From the NCBI GenBank assembly GCA_965140585.1, contig OZ223267.1:416001-480000 (forward strand): DNA of 64,000 nucleotides. The letters are read 5' to 3'. The position numbers and the translations under genes were made by a program. The notes under the pieces are model-generated. The model had not been told where the DNA came from. It made no database searches and saw only the letters and a program-made list of their open reading frames with translations. This document shows, piece by piece, positions 29,814-39,418 of the stretch. This stretch comes from Spirochaetia bacterium (GTDB taxonomy: Bacteria > Spirochaetota > Spirochaetia > UBA9216). The stretch's first letter is position 1. The number at the start of each line of letters is the position of its first letter.

Positions 29814-31711
29814 GTGATAATAAAAAAACACAGATGAATAACAGCCCGCGCGGGCCTATGATGGGGCGAGGCCCCGGCGGCGGCCGCGGTCCGATGGGGG
29901 GGGGACCTCCTCATCTTTCGGGCATACCGGGAGACAAGGCTTCAAACTTCAAGGGAACCATGAAGACTCTTCTGCAGTACCTTGGAAAGTATAAGGTTGC
30001 TGTTTTCTTTACTCTCATTGTATCTGCTGTATCAACAGTGTTCATGATACTCGGACCTAAGATCCTCGGAAGGGCAACTACCGGAATCTTTGAAGGCGTG
30101 ATGGCACAGATCAGCGGAACAGGCGGAATAGACTTCGGTTTTGTTGCAAGGATTCTGATAACAGTTCTGATTCTCTATCTGATCTCAACCGCAGCGAATT
30201 ACATTCAGGGCTGGATAATGGCCGGAATTTCAGCAAAGGTAACCTTCAGACTTAGAAAAGATATTGAGGAAAAGATTAACCGGATGCCTCTTGGCTACTT
30301 CGATACAACCAGTCACGGCGAGGTTCTTTCAAGAATCACAAATGATGTTGAAACCGTCAGCCGAACACTCAGCCAGAGCCTTACACAGGTCGTAACCTCG
30401 GTTGCTACAGTTGCAGGTGTTCTAGTTATGATGTTTTCAATCAGTTGGATGATGACCCTTGTTGCACTTGTAATAATCCCTGTGTCTATGATCTTTGTAA
30501 GTGTGATAATAAAAAAATCACAGAAGTATTTCAAACAGCAGCAGGATTACCTTGGTCATGTCAACGGACATGTTGAGGAGATGTTCAGCGGACATGTAGT
30601 AATGAAGGCTTTTAACGGAGAAAAAAAGAGTATTGAAAAATTCAGTGAATTAAACGATACCCTCTACACATCAGCATGGAAATCACAGTTTCTAACAGGG
30701 CTCATGCATCCTATAATGATGTTTGTCGGAAACCTCGGTTATGTCGGAGTCAGCATTCTAGGAGGCTACCTTGCTGTGCAGAGGGCAATTACCGTCGGAG
30801 ACATTCAGGCTTTTATTCAGTATGTAAGATCATTCATGCAGCCTCTAACCCAGCTTGCCAATATTTCCAATATTCTCCAGCAGACTGCTGCTGCAGCTGA
30901 AAGGGTATTTGAATTTCTTGATGAGCCAGAGCAGATTCCGGAGACTGATGATCCTCTTAAGGTGCGGAACTTTAATGGAAAGGTTGAGTTTGCGAATGTT
31001 AATTTCGGCTATACTGAAGATAAGGTAATCATCAACGATTTTTCAGCTGTAGCAGAACCCGGTCAGAAGGTAGCAATTGTAGGTCCAACCGGAGCCGGAA
31101 AAACGACTATGGTAAAGCTTCTGATGCGTTTCTATGATATCAACAAGGGTAAAATCTTAATTGACGGAAATGATATCACCGATTACAGCAGACGTGATCT
31201 AAGGCGGATGTTCGGAATGGTTCTTCAGGATACATGGCTGTTCAATGGGACTGTAATGGAAAATATCCGATACGGACGCCCCGGTGCCACCGATGAAGAA
31301 GTATATGCTGCGGCTAAAACAGCACATGCTGATCACTTTATAAAAACGCTTCCCGGCGGTTACTCAATGGTAATCAATGAAGAAGCAAGCAATATTTCAC
31401 AAGGACAGATGCAGCTTCTGACTATAGCCAGGGCAATTCTGGCCGATCCTAAAATGCTGATACTCGATGAAGCTACAAGTTCGGTTGATACCAGAACAGA
31501 AATACACATACAGAAGGCCATGGATAATCTTATGGCTGAACGTACCTCCTTTATTATTGCTCACAGGTTGTCAACAATTAAAAATGCCGACCTCATTCTG
31601 TTTATGAAGGATGGAGATATAGTGGAACAGGGCAACCATGAGCAGCTGATGGCCGCAGGCGGATTCTATTCAGAGCTTTACAACAGCCAGTTTGAAAAGA
31701 AGGCCGGCTGA
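29810..31711 (+). CDS. ABC exporter half (TMD plus NBD), partner subunit
   Basis: GPTGAGKTT, ISQGQ, LDEATSSVD and AHRLST; TM287/288- or EfrAB-like heterodimer pattern. Confidence 0.93.
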   Translation: MSDNKKTQMNNSPRGPMMGRGPGGGRGPMGGGPPHLSGIPGDKASNFKGTMKTLLQYLGKYKVAVFFTLIVSAVSTVFMILGPKILGRATTGIFEGVMAQISGTGGIDFGFVARILITVLILYLISTAANYIQGWIMAGISAKVTFRLRKDIEEKINRMPLGYFDTTSHGEVLSRITNDVETVSRTLSQSLTQVVTSVATVAGVLVMMFSISWMMTLVALVIIPVSMIFVSVIIKKSQKYFKQQQDYLGHVNGHVEEMFSGHVVMKAFNGEKKSIEKFSELNDTLYTSAWKSQFLTGLMHPIMMFVGNLGYVGVSILGGYLAVQRAITVGDIQAFIQYVRSFMQPLTQLANISNILQQTAAAAERVFEFLDEPEQIPETDDPLKVRNFNGKVEFANVNFGYTEDKVIINDFSAVAEPGQKVAIVGPTGAGKTTMVKLLMRFYDINKGKILIDGNDITDYSRRDLRRMFGMVLQDTWLFNGTVMENIRYGRPGATDEEVYAAAKTAHADHFIKTLPGGYSMVINEEASNISQGQMQLLTIARAILADPKMLILDEATSSVDTRTEIHIQKAMDNLMAERTSFIIAHRLSTIKNADLILFMKDGDIVEQGNHEQLMAAGGFYSELYNSQFEKKAG

Positions 31712-31712
31712 A

Positions 31713-33248
31713 ATGGGATTTCGGGAGATCGAGCTTAGTCTGCCGACTGCTTATACAGAAAATGAGCTGAAGGCTCAGATCAGGAAGAAAACCGGTCTGG
31801 GCAGCTTCAGCTACGAAATACGGCGTAAAAGTCTTGATGCCAGACGCAAGGGCAATATTCTGTGGCGTCTTGGAGTTCTTGTAATATCAGAGGCTCTGCC
31901 TGGAGACTCATTCGAAGAAAAGCAGCTTGAAATTCCTTTATCAAAAAGAAACAAAAATATACTGATTGCCGGCAGCGGACCCGCTGGTATTTTTGCCGCC
32001 TATACGCTTCAGAAGGCCGGGTTCAATACAAGGGTTATTGAACGCGGGACTGATGTTGAGAAGCGTGCTGCGGCAATAGAGCGTTTTGAGGCGACAGGCG
32101 AGTTTTCGACAGCTTCCAACTATGCCTTCGGTGAAGGCGGGGCCGGAACTTTCAGCGACGGAAAGCTGACAAGTCGTACAAAGAGTATAAAGCTTGAACG
32201 CAACTATATTTTTGATACCTATATCGAAGCCGGTGCTCCGGCTGAAATAAAGTATATGACTCATCCCCATCTGGGAACTGATAACCTGAAAATGATAGTC
32301 AAAAAGCTGAGGTTGATGTACGAGGAGCTCGGCGGAAAAATAATGTTTGAAACAGAACTTACAGACATCATTCCAGATTCATCCGGCGGCAGGATAACTG
32401 AAGCAGTTACTCCAGCCGGCTGTCTGCCCTGTGATGCACTGCTCATCGCACCTGGGCACTCGGCTTTTGACACCTACCGTATGCTTATTAAAAGAAATGT
32501 ACCGTTCCGGAACAAGAATTTTGCAATAGGAAGCCGGGTGGAACATCCCCAGACCCTGATTAACAGGGCGCAGTGGGGATTAGAGGCTTTGCCGGGCGTA
32601 AAGGCGGCAGAATACCGGCTTACATCAAATACAGATGAAGGGCATCCAGTATATACATTCTGCATGTGTCCCGGCGGTAAAATTGTACAGGCGGCTGCAT
32701 TTGAGAGCCAGAACATTGTAAACGGTATGAGCGAATATAAGCGGGACGGTAGGTTTGCTAATGCTGCATGTGTTGCCGGAATATCTATAGACAGGATTAC
32801 CGGAAGAGAAAGCAGTCCGTTGGAAGCTTTGGACTGGCTTGAAAGCCTTGAACAGCGGTTTTTTAAAGCAACCGGCGGATACTCAGTTCCATGCTGTAGT
32901 ATTGCAGACTTTACGGCAGCAAAAAACTCAGGGATACTGCCGGAGACCAGCTACAGTCTCGGCCTTTCCGAATACCCGTTGTGGGAACTTTTTCCGGATT
33001 CTGTTCATAAATCAATTAGAAAAGGTCTTCTGGATTTCTCATCGCGGATTCGGGGATTTGAAATCGGTGTTATAATGGGACTTGAGAGTAAAACAAGTTC
33101 ACCCGTCCAGGTCTGCCGAGATACAGCCGGGCTGGCGGAGGGATTTGAAAACCTTTATATAATAGGAGAGGGCAGCGGATATGCAGGCGGAATTATTTCG
33201 AGCGCTGCAGACGGTGTGAAGGCTGCCATGCATTTACTGAATCAGTGA
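31713..33248 (+). CDS. FAD-dependent oxidoreductase (uncharacterised family)
   Basis: GSGPAG, FGEGGAGTFSDGKL, YTFCMCPGG and GEGSGYAGGIISSAADG. Confidence 0.88.
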   Translation: MGFREIELSLPTAYTENELKAQIRKKTGLGSFSYEIRRKSLDARRKGNILWRLGVLVISEALPGDSFEEKQLEIPLSKRNKNILIAGSGPAGIFAAYTLQKAGFNTRVIERGTDVEKRAAAIERFEATGEFSTASNYAFGEGGAGTFSDGKLTSRTKSIKLERNYIFDTYIEAGAPAEIKYMTHPHLGTDNLKMIVKKLRLMYEELGGKIMFETELTDIIPDSSGGRITEAVTPAGCLPCDALLIAPGHSAFDTYRMLIKRNVPFRNKNFAIGSRVEHPQTLINRAQWGLEALPGVKAAEYRLTSNTDEGHPVYTFCMCPGGKIVQAAAFESQNIVNGMSEYKRDGRFANAACVAGISIDRITGRESSPLEALDWLESLEQRFFKATGGYSVPCCSIADFTAAKNSGILPETSYSLGLSEYPLWELFPDSVHKSIRKGLLDFSSRIRGFEIGVIMGLESKTSSPVQVCRDTAGLAEGFENLYIIGEGSGYAGGIISSAADGVKAAMHLLNQ

Positions 33249-33397
33249 GTTTTGAAATTGCCTTAGTATAATAATAGAATTACGAAAAAAAATAAAAAAT
33301 TTCGTTTGGGAAAAAAAAGAAGCGATATTTCTAAAAAATGTCACTATACTCTATTTTGATAATAAATATTATCGAATATTTGACATTAGAGGAAATT

Positions 33398-35785
33398 ATG
33401 GCGTCTGTGAAGAGTAAATCCAATTCCCGGGGGAGACAAGCTCTACTTGCAATCATCTTAAGCATCTTAGCGATAGGTGCTTATGCTTACATAGTTATAA
33501 CATATTTTAATTCGGTTGCTGTTCATATTGAGCGTATCGCCGAGAGTGCGCTAACCGGAACTTCGAAGGAAATTGACAACTGGGTGAAGCAGAAAGAACA
33601 GACTATCGATCTGATCAGCAAGAATATAAAATATTATCCGGATGATCCTGAACAATTACTAAAATTGCTTATGAGTATCAAAGCGGATGACGGCGATTAT
33701 ATCGATATCTTTTTTGGATCTGCAGCCTCGCCGGGTGCTGGCGGTTATGCGGTTTATGCAACAAACTGGACAGTTCCTGAAGATTATGACTGGACATCAC
33801 GAACCTGGTTTATAACCGCACTCGAATACGGCAATACCGTTATAACTCCCCCTTATGTGGATCTTCAGACGGGCAAGACCATTATCTCGATATCAAAACC
33901 TGTTTATGTTGATGGAATTCTTTATGGAGTCATATCGTCAGATATTTCCACAGACATTATCAGTGAAATTATTGAAACAACCTATGCAGCGGAGGGATCG
34001 ATAATAAGACTGTTTAACGGTCAGGGAGACTCCATTAATAGATCGATAGTCAGTGGGGAAAATAGTTATCTTGATATTTCGGATAAAAAATATAATGATG
34101 TATTTAAAGGTTCATTTTTAATTGAAACAGATGCTTTAAGTGATCGGTATACTGCCTACATAGGGCTTACAAAACTGGGCTGGATTTTATCAATAGAAGG
34201 TTCGCTTTCAAGTTTTGAAGATGTTTCAAGGACAGTTCTGTTATTTTTAATTATTCTATTCTCTCTTGCCGCACTTTTTATTTTCATGCTCATTCGCTCG
34301 ATGAGGGCTGCGGGAAAATTATCAGTTGTAAATGAGCAGGTGGAACAAATAAATAGGACGCTTGAGGAGACAGTTGCGGAACGAACTTCTTCTCTTAAAA
34401 ATATCCTTGACAGTGCAGAGGAAGGCTTTTTAACATTCGGTGAAAATTTCCAGGTCAATCCCGACTATTCGAAAGGGTGCACGGATATTTTCGGAAAAGA
34501 AATAAAAGATCTTTCTGTTGCTGATCTTCTTTTTGCAGGTCAAACTGAAATTATTTCGGATTTTAAACAGGGTTTTGGATTATATTTTCAGGGAAAATCC
34601 AAGGCTGAAATTATTTTTGATCTTACTGAAAAAGAAACAGATGTCTTAGGTAAAAATATCCGCATCAGCTATAAAGAGATTGCAGGGAACAAAATATTAT
34701 GTATCCTTCAGGATATCACACTTGAAAAACAGGTTGCAGAAAAGAATCGAAGTGAAGCTGAACGCCAAAACAGGATACTCCGGGCCATTCACAACAAGTA
34801 CTTTTTTGCTCATTTTCTTGAATCTGCAAATAATCTTTTTGCATATCTGGAAGTATATTCTTCCAATTTACCCGTTGAAGAAGAAAAGGTAAATCTGATG
34901 AGAATTCTTCATACGTTTAAAGGAGATTCCGGTTATTTCGGATTCACTGATACACAGAGTTTTGCACATGAATCTGAAACCATGATCTCAGACAGCATGC
35001 TGATTGAAACAAAAATATCATATAAAGAAATACTTATACAGCTTAGAAAATCCTACTTTAAAGAATTGAAATCAATAACAGATACAATGGGCGACGCTTG
35101 GATTGAAGAATCAAATGGAATCATAATTCCACGTCAGGAATTCCAAAAGTTATATGCATATGTTCTAAAGAAAGTCTCTAAAGATAAAAAATTAGCAATG
35201 TTCCTTGATTCATTCAGGAAGATTACGCTCGCTGAGTTATTTTCACGGCTCCCATTTATAGCGGCTGTTTCTGCTGAGAAACTTGGGAAAAGAATAAATC
35301 CAATGGTTATACAGGGTGGGAATTTTAAGATCGTGCCCGATCATTACCTTTCTCTAGTTGAGTCATGTTCCCATATAATCAATAATATGCTTGATCATGG
35401 AATAGAGTATCCATATGAACGTGAATCTCTCCAAAAGACACCAGAGGGTTCAATTATTTTAAATATTACTGTAAATAAAAAATCAATTTCTCTTGAATTC
35501 AGTGATGACGGAAGGGGAATCAATACCAGAATAATTGAGAAAAAAGCAAAGGATTCAGGTCTTATTGCTCAGGATCAAACTCTGCATACTTCCGAGCTAT
35601 ATTCATTACTGTTCGCAGACGGATTCTCAACACGCCAGGATGTTGATATTACTTCTGGGAGAGGTGTAGGACTTGCTTCTGTGAAGCAGGAGGTTGATAA
35701 ACTTGGTGGTTCAATTGAAGTCAGTTCAAAAATTGGCAAAGGTTCTACATTTGAAATTATAATTCCTATTACTAACAGAGTATAA
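33398..35785 (+). CDS. Membrane CheA-like kinase: TM-dCache-TM-PAS-like-Hpt-HATPase, with no CheW-like domain
   Basis: YDWTSRTWF and PPYVD (Cache); LHTFKGDSG (Hpt); HIINNMLDHGIE, DDGRG, FADGFST and SGRGVGL (CheA-type kinase). The protein ends right after the kinase domain. Confidence 0.88.
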   Translation: MASVKSKSNSRGRQALLAIILSILAIGAYAYIVITYFNSVAVHIERIAESALTGTSKEIDNWVKQKEQTIDLISKNIKYYPDDPEQLLKLLMSIKADDGDYIDIFFGSAASPGAGGYAVYATNWTVPEDYDWTSRTWFITALEYGNTVITPPYVDLQTGKTIISISKPVYVDGILYGVISSDISTDIISEIIETTYAAEGSIIRLFNGQGDSINRSIVSGENSYLDISDKKYNDVFKGSFLIETDALSDRYTAYIGLTKLGWILSIEGSLSSFEDVSRTVLLFLIILFSLAALFIFMLIRSMRAAGKLSVVNEQVEQINRTLEETVAERTSSLKNILDSAEEGFLTFGENFQVNPDYSKGCTDIFGKEIKDLSVADLLFAGQTEIISDFKQGFGLYFQGKSKAEIIFDLTEKETDVLGKNIRISYKEIAGNKILCILQDITLEKQVAEKNRSEAERQNRILRAIHNKYFFAHFLESANNLFAYLEVYSSNLPVEEEKVNLMRILHTFKGDSGYFGFTDTQSFAHESETMISDSMLIETKISYKEILIQLRKSYFKELKSITDTMGDAWIEESNGIIIPRQEFQKLYAYVLKKVSKDKKLAMFLDSFRKITLAELFSRLPFIAAVSAEKLGKRINPMVIQGGNFKIVPDHYLSLVESCSHIINNMLDHGIEYPYERESLQKTPEGSIILNITVNKKSISLEFSDDGRGINTRIIEKKAKDSGLIAQDQTLHTSELYSLLFADGFSTRQDVDITSGRGVGLASVKQEVDKLGGSIEVSSKIGKGSTFEIIIPITNRV

Positions 35786-35803
35786 ATATAAGGAGAAGTA
35801 AAG

Positions 35804-36274
35804 ATGAGAGCGGAATATGCAAATCCATTTATAACCGCAGCCGTGACTACATTTAAAAAGGAGCTGGGAGTACAATTAAATCGTAATGCTTTAAATGTAA
35901 AACAGTCTCCTGTCCCTTCAAAAGATCTATCAATTATTATAGGCGTTACCGGAGCGGTTAAGGGGCAGGTGGTATATTCAATGGACGCCTATGTAGGTAT
36001 GGCTGTTGCAAAAGCAATGCTTCCGGGTAAGCTTCCTGCTGAATTAAAGAAATTAACAAACAGTGCTGTTTCAGAGCTGGCAAATATAATTACAGGCCAG
36101 GCAAGTATCATCCTGGCAGGAGAAAATGATCGGATTGATATAACTCCTCCTGCTGTTTTCAGTGGAGGGGCATCGGTTATTGACTTTTTAACACTTCAGA
36201 CAATATCTCTATCTTTCCTTTCGGAGATAGGTTCTTTTGAGATAAATATTGCGTTAACGGAGGAAGGGCTATGA
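35804..36274 (+). CDS. cheX: CheY-P phosphatase CheX
   Basis: NPFI, IGVTGAVKG, the SELANII ExxN motif and ITPP. Confidence 0.9.
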   Translation: MRAEYANPFITAAVTTFKKELGVQLNRNALNVKQSPVPSKDLSIIIGVTGAVKGQVVYSMDAYVGMAVAKAMLPGKLPAELKKLTNSAVSELANIITGQASIILAGENDRIDITPPAVFSGGASVIDFLTLQTISLSFLSEIGSFEINIALTEEGL

Positions 36275-36627
36275 AAAAAGGACTTATAGTAGACGATGCA
36301 GCAGTGATGAGAATGCGTCTCCGGGATATTCTTTCATCAAAGTATTCGATTGTTTCAGAGGCCGAGAACGGTAGGGAAGCAATTGAACTCTATAGAAAAC
36401 ATCAGCCTGATTTTGTTACGATGGACATTTCAATGGCAGAAATGAATGGTATGGAGGCATTAAAAAATCTTCTTGCTGAATTTCCGGATGCAAAGATAAT
36501 TATGGTAAGTGCTGTAGGCCAAAAAGCGCTTGTCTTCGAGGCTCTGAGCATGGGCGCCAAGGATTTTATCATAAAACCTTTTGAAGCGGATCGTGTACTT
36601 CTTTCAATCGATCGAATATTTGGGTGA
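36271..36627 (+). CDS. cheY: Stand-alone receiver, CheY-like
   Basis: IVDD, TMDISM, MVSA and FIIKPF; Thermotoga/Bacillus CheY-like pattern. Confidence 0.85.
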   Translation: MKKGLIVDDAAVMRMRLRDILSSKYSIVSEAENGREAIELYRKHQPDFVTMDISMAEMNGMEALKNLLAEFPDAKIIMVSAVGQKALVFEALSMGAKDFIIKPFEADRVLLSIDRIFG

Positions 36628-36652
36628 TGAACGTTAAATTTCTAAAAAGAAT

Positions 36653-36688
36653 CATACCATCTTAGCAAACAAATTGCTTGGATGGTAT
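36653..36688 (+). terminator. Stem-loop after cheY
   Basis: ATACCATC...GATGGTAT with an inner AGCAA/TTGCT pair; no clear U tail. Confidence 0.45.
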
Positions 36689-36785
36689 AAATGCTGCGAT
36701 GAATACCATTAATCGGGTAGAAACTTTCTTTACGTATCTTTCTCCAATATAATTTTAGTTAATAACATCTTTTAGCGGAGAAAGA

Positions 36786-39401
36786 TTGCGTATGACTGAA
36801 TCCGGAATAGAAAACGGCCCGAACAAATATCATTCCAGACAGGATTATCTGAACAATATCCTGTATACCGCTATAGGCAGTATTCTGTCAGGAACCCTGA
36901 TAGTCTATCTACTGTTGGGTGTAACGCACCTTATATTTCTCAACGGAACAAACGCATTGATTATGTCTGTTACGGCATTCTCCTCTTCCGGGCTTTTTAT
37001 TATTCTAAAGTTCCTGTATTTAAAGAATAAACTGGATAAAAGAAATGCTCATCTATATTCATTTATTATATTTACAGCTGTTCTGGCAAACTCACTGATT
37101 CATATGCATGTTTCGGCAGATATACTTCAATCGATAAATATTATGATTATTATTATAGGGCTGTCGATGCTCCAGCCTGGTAGAAAATGGTTTATTACTT
37201 CAGCCTGTATAACTCTCGTTTGCTGGGTAATCTTTATTTCAGGAATCGCAGGTGTCAATTATCAGTCTGAATATCTGGTCCATTTTGTATTCAGTATGAC
37301 ATTATCACTTATTTTATCCGTAATATTTCATATTGCTATAAACAGCTTCATAGATAAGAAATATTATTCAGACTTGGAGCAGGCACATAGTAATGATGAA
37401 CTTACAACGGCGCTTGAAAAGGCTGACTATAATGAGAAGGTTTTAAAACGTCTCACGGAACTTGCGAACGAAGGTATCGGCTTTCATGACGGAAAAAGAA
37501 TTGTTAACTGCAATGAACAGTTCAGCAGAATGTTCGGATATTCTTCAAAGGCGGATATTAAAGGCTGTGAGATTCTGTCAATCATTGCTCCTGAGTCTCA
37601 TGAAACCGTTACTATAAAAATTGTAAATTCAATAGCCGGAAATTATGAAGCTCAGGGACTCCGGAAAGACGGAAGTAAATTCCCGATAGAGATGAATGCA
37701 AAGACCATAATTAAAGAGAATGATGAGATGCTCCGAGCCGTCATAGTTCATGATTTAACCGAGCAGAAGCGTACTCAGGAAAAACTTCGCAAGAGTGAAG
37801 AAATGTTCCGTACAATGAGCAAATATTCACCCGTAGGAATTTTTCTTTCAGATCTGGACGGAGACTGTGTATTCGTAAACGACAAGTTTCTGGAGATAAC
37901 CGGCCTGAGCTATAAACAGGCACTTGAAGACGGCTGGAAAAAAATCGTCTACCCGACTGATAAGGCCTCTGTTTATAAAAAATGGGAAGATTTTGTCAGA
38001 ACCAATGAAAATTTTCATACAATGTACAGAATAAAAAGCGGTATTGGAAATATACGCTGGATTGATGTGAGAATCTCAGTTTACCGGGATGGTGATACTA
38101 TCCTGGGCTATGTAGGCACTGTTGAAGACTTCACAGACCAGAGAAGGCAGGAGGAAGAACTGATAGAGTATTCACGGGATCTAGGTGAAATGGTGGAACT
38201 CCGTACCCGTGAACTGGAATCCCTGCAGGATGAACTAATAACACAGCAGCTCTTTCAGAAAGAACTTGAGATCGCTTCGGAAATCCAGATGAGCCTTCTT
38301 CCGACAAAAGCCCCGGTGATTGACGGATTTCAGATTGCCTCAATTGCGATACCGGCTCAGTATGTAAGCGGAGATTTTTATAACTGCTATAATATCACTG
38401 ATGAAATTCTTGAAATAGGAATAGCTGATATTGCAGGAAAGGGTGTGGCGGCTGCGCTGCTTGCCGCCGCTACAAGGGCATTTCTGCGTGCTTCTGTAAG
38501 CGAGGAAAATCTGCCGGATAAATCGCTTGCCTTCCTGAACAGTTCAATGTATGACGATCTTAATAACTCGGAAAAATTTATTACGATGCAGATGACGAGG
38601 ATAGACGGAGGAACCGGCCTGATAAGTTACACAAGCGCAGGGCATACTGAATCATTATTGTATCTCGCAAGAAAAAATAAAGTAGCGAGGCTTCTGCCTA
38701 CAACAATTCCGATCGGCATAGTTGAAGATCTTGTAACCGATATTAAAGAGTTTTATATGCTGCCCGGAGATCTTCTGTTCCTGTACAGTGACGGTGTAAC
38801 TGAAGCTGAAGATGCTGAACATGTTCTATTCGGTCTTGACCGGCTGAAAACTTCTATACAATCATGCTGTGAACAGAATATGGATGCGCCGACAGTGATC
38901 GCTACCTTATACAGTGAGTTAAATGACTTTATGAAGGCGGAAAATCCAAATGATGACATCACGATGGTCGCCATCAGGGCTGAAGAGCAGGAGTTCTCAA
39001 TAGAGGAACCCGGAGACTTTGAACACCTTGATTCTCTGGTTACCTGGGTGAGTGATAAATGCAGACGATACGGTGAAGAAATCATGAATGGCATCGAACT
39101 GGCTGCATCAGAACTAATAACCAATATGATTAAGCACTCTTACGGAAAAGGGGATGATGGAAAAAATGACGGTATAATTTCAATTACGGTTGAATTGAAT
39201 TATAATAATATTGAACTGAATCTGTATGACCGTGGAAAACCTTTTGAAATTACATCTGTGGCTGTACCCGATTTTGCATCACCGAATGAAAGCGGTTATG
39301 GGATATGGATGATCAACCAGATTATGGATTATGTTGAGTATCGTGCAGGCGGAGAAAACAGACCCGAAAATCACTGGATTTTAAGGAAAAATATTTCATA
39401 A
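36786..39401 (+). CDS. Multi-TM, PAS, PAS, PP2C/SpoIIE phosphatase fused to an RsbW-like HATPase
   Basis: IQMSLLP, VSGDFY, DIAGKG, YSDGVTE and DDIT; then ELITNMIKH, DRGKPF and SGYGIW. Confidence 0.9.
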   Translation: MRMTESGIENGPNKYHSRQDYLNNILYTAIGSILSGTLIVYLLLGVTHLIFLNGTNALIMSVTAFSSSGLFIILKFLYLKNKLDKRNAHLYSFIIFTAVLANSLIHMHVSADILQSINIMIIIIGLSMLQPGRKWFITSACITLVCWVIFISGIAGVNYQSEYLVHFVFSMTLSLILSVIFHIAINSFIDKKYYSDLEQAHSNDELTTALEKADYNEKVLKRLTELANEGIGFHDGKRIVNCNEQFSRMFGYSSKADIKGCEILSIIAPESHETVTIKIVNSIAGNYEAQGLRKDGSKFPIEMNAKTIIKENDEMLRAVIVHDLTEQKRTQEKLRKSEEMFRTMSKYSPVGIFLSDLDGDCVFVNDKFLEITGLSYKQALEDGWKKIVYPTDKASVYKKWEDFVRTNENFHTMYRIKSGIGNIRWIDVRISVYRDGDTILGYVGTVEDFTDQRRQEEELIEYSRDLGEMVELRTRELESLQDELITQQLFQKELEIASEIQMSLLPTKAPVIDGFQIASIAIPAQYVSGDFYNCYNITDEILEIGIADIAGKGVAAALLAAATRAFLRASVSEENLPDKSLAFLNSSMYDDLNNSEKFITMQMTRIDGGTGLISYTSAGHTESLLYLARKNKVARLLPTTIPIGIVEDLVTDIKEFYMLPGDLLFLYSDGVTEAEDAEHVLFGLDRLKTSIQSCCEQNMDAPTVIATLYSELNDFMKAENPNDDITMVAIRAEEQEFSIEEPGDFEHLDSLVTWVSDKCRRYGEEIMNGIELAASELITNMIKHSYGKGDDGKNDGIISITVELNYNNIELNLYDRGKPFEITSVAVPDFASPNESGYGIWMINQIMDYVEYRAGGENRPENHWILRKNIS

Positions 39402-39418
39402 GGAAAGGAATTGAACTG

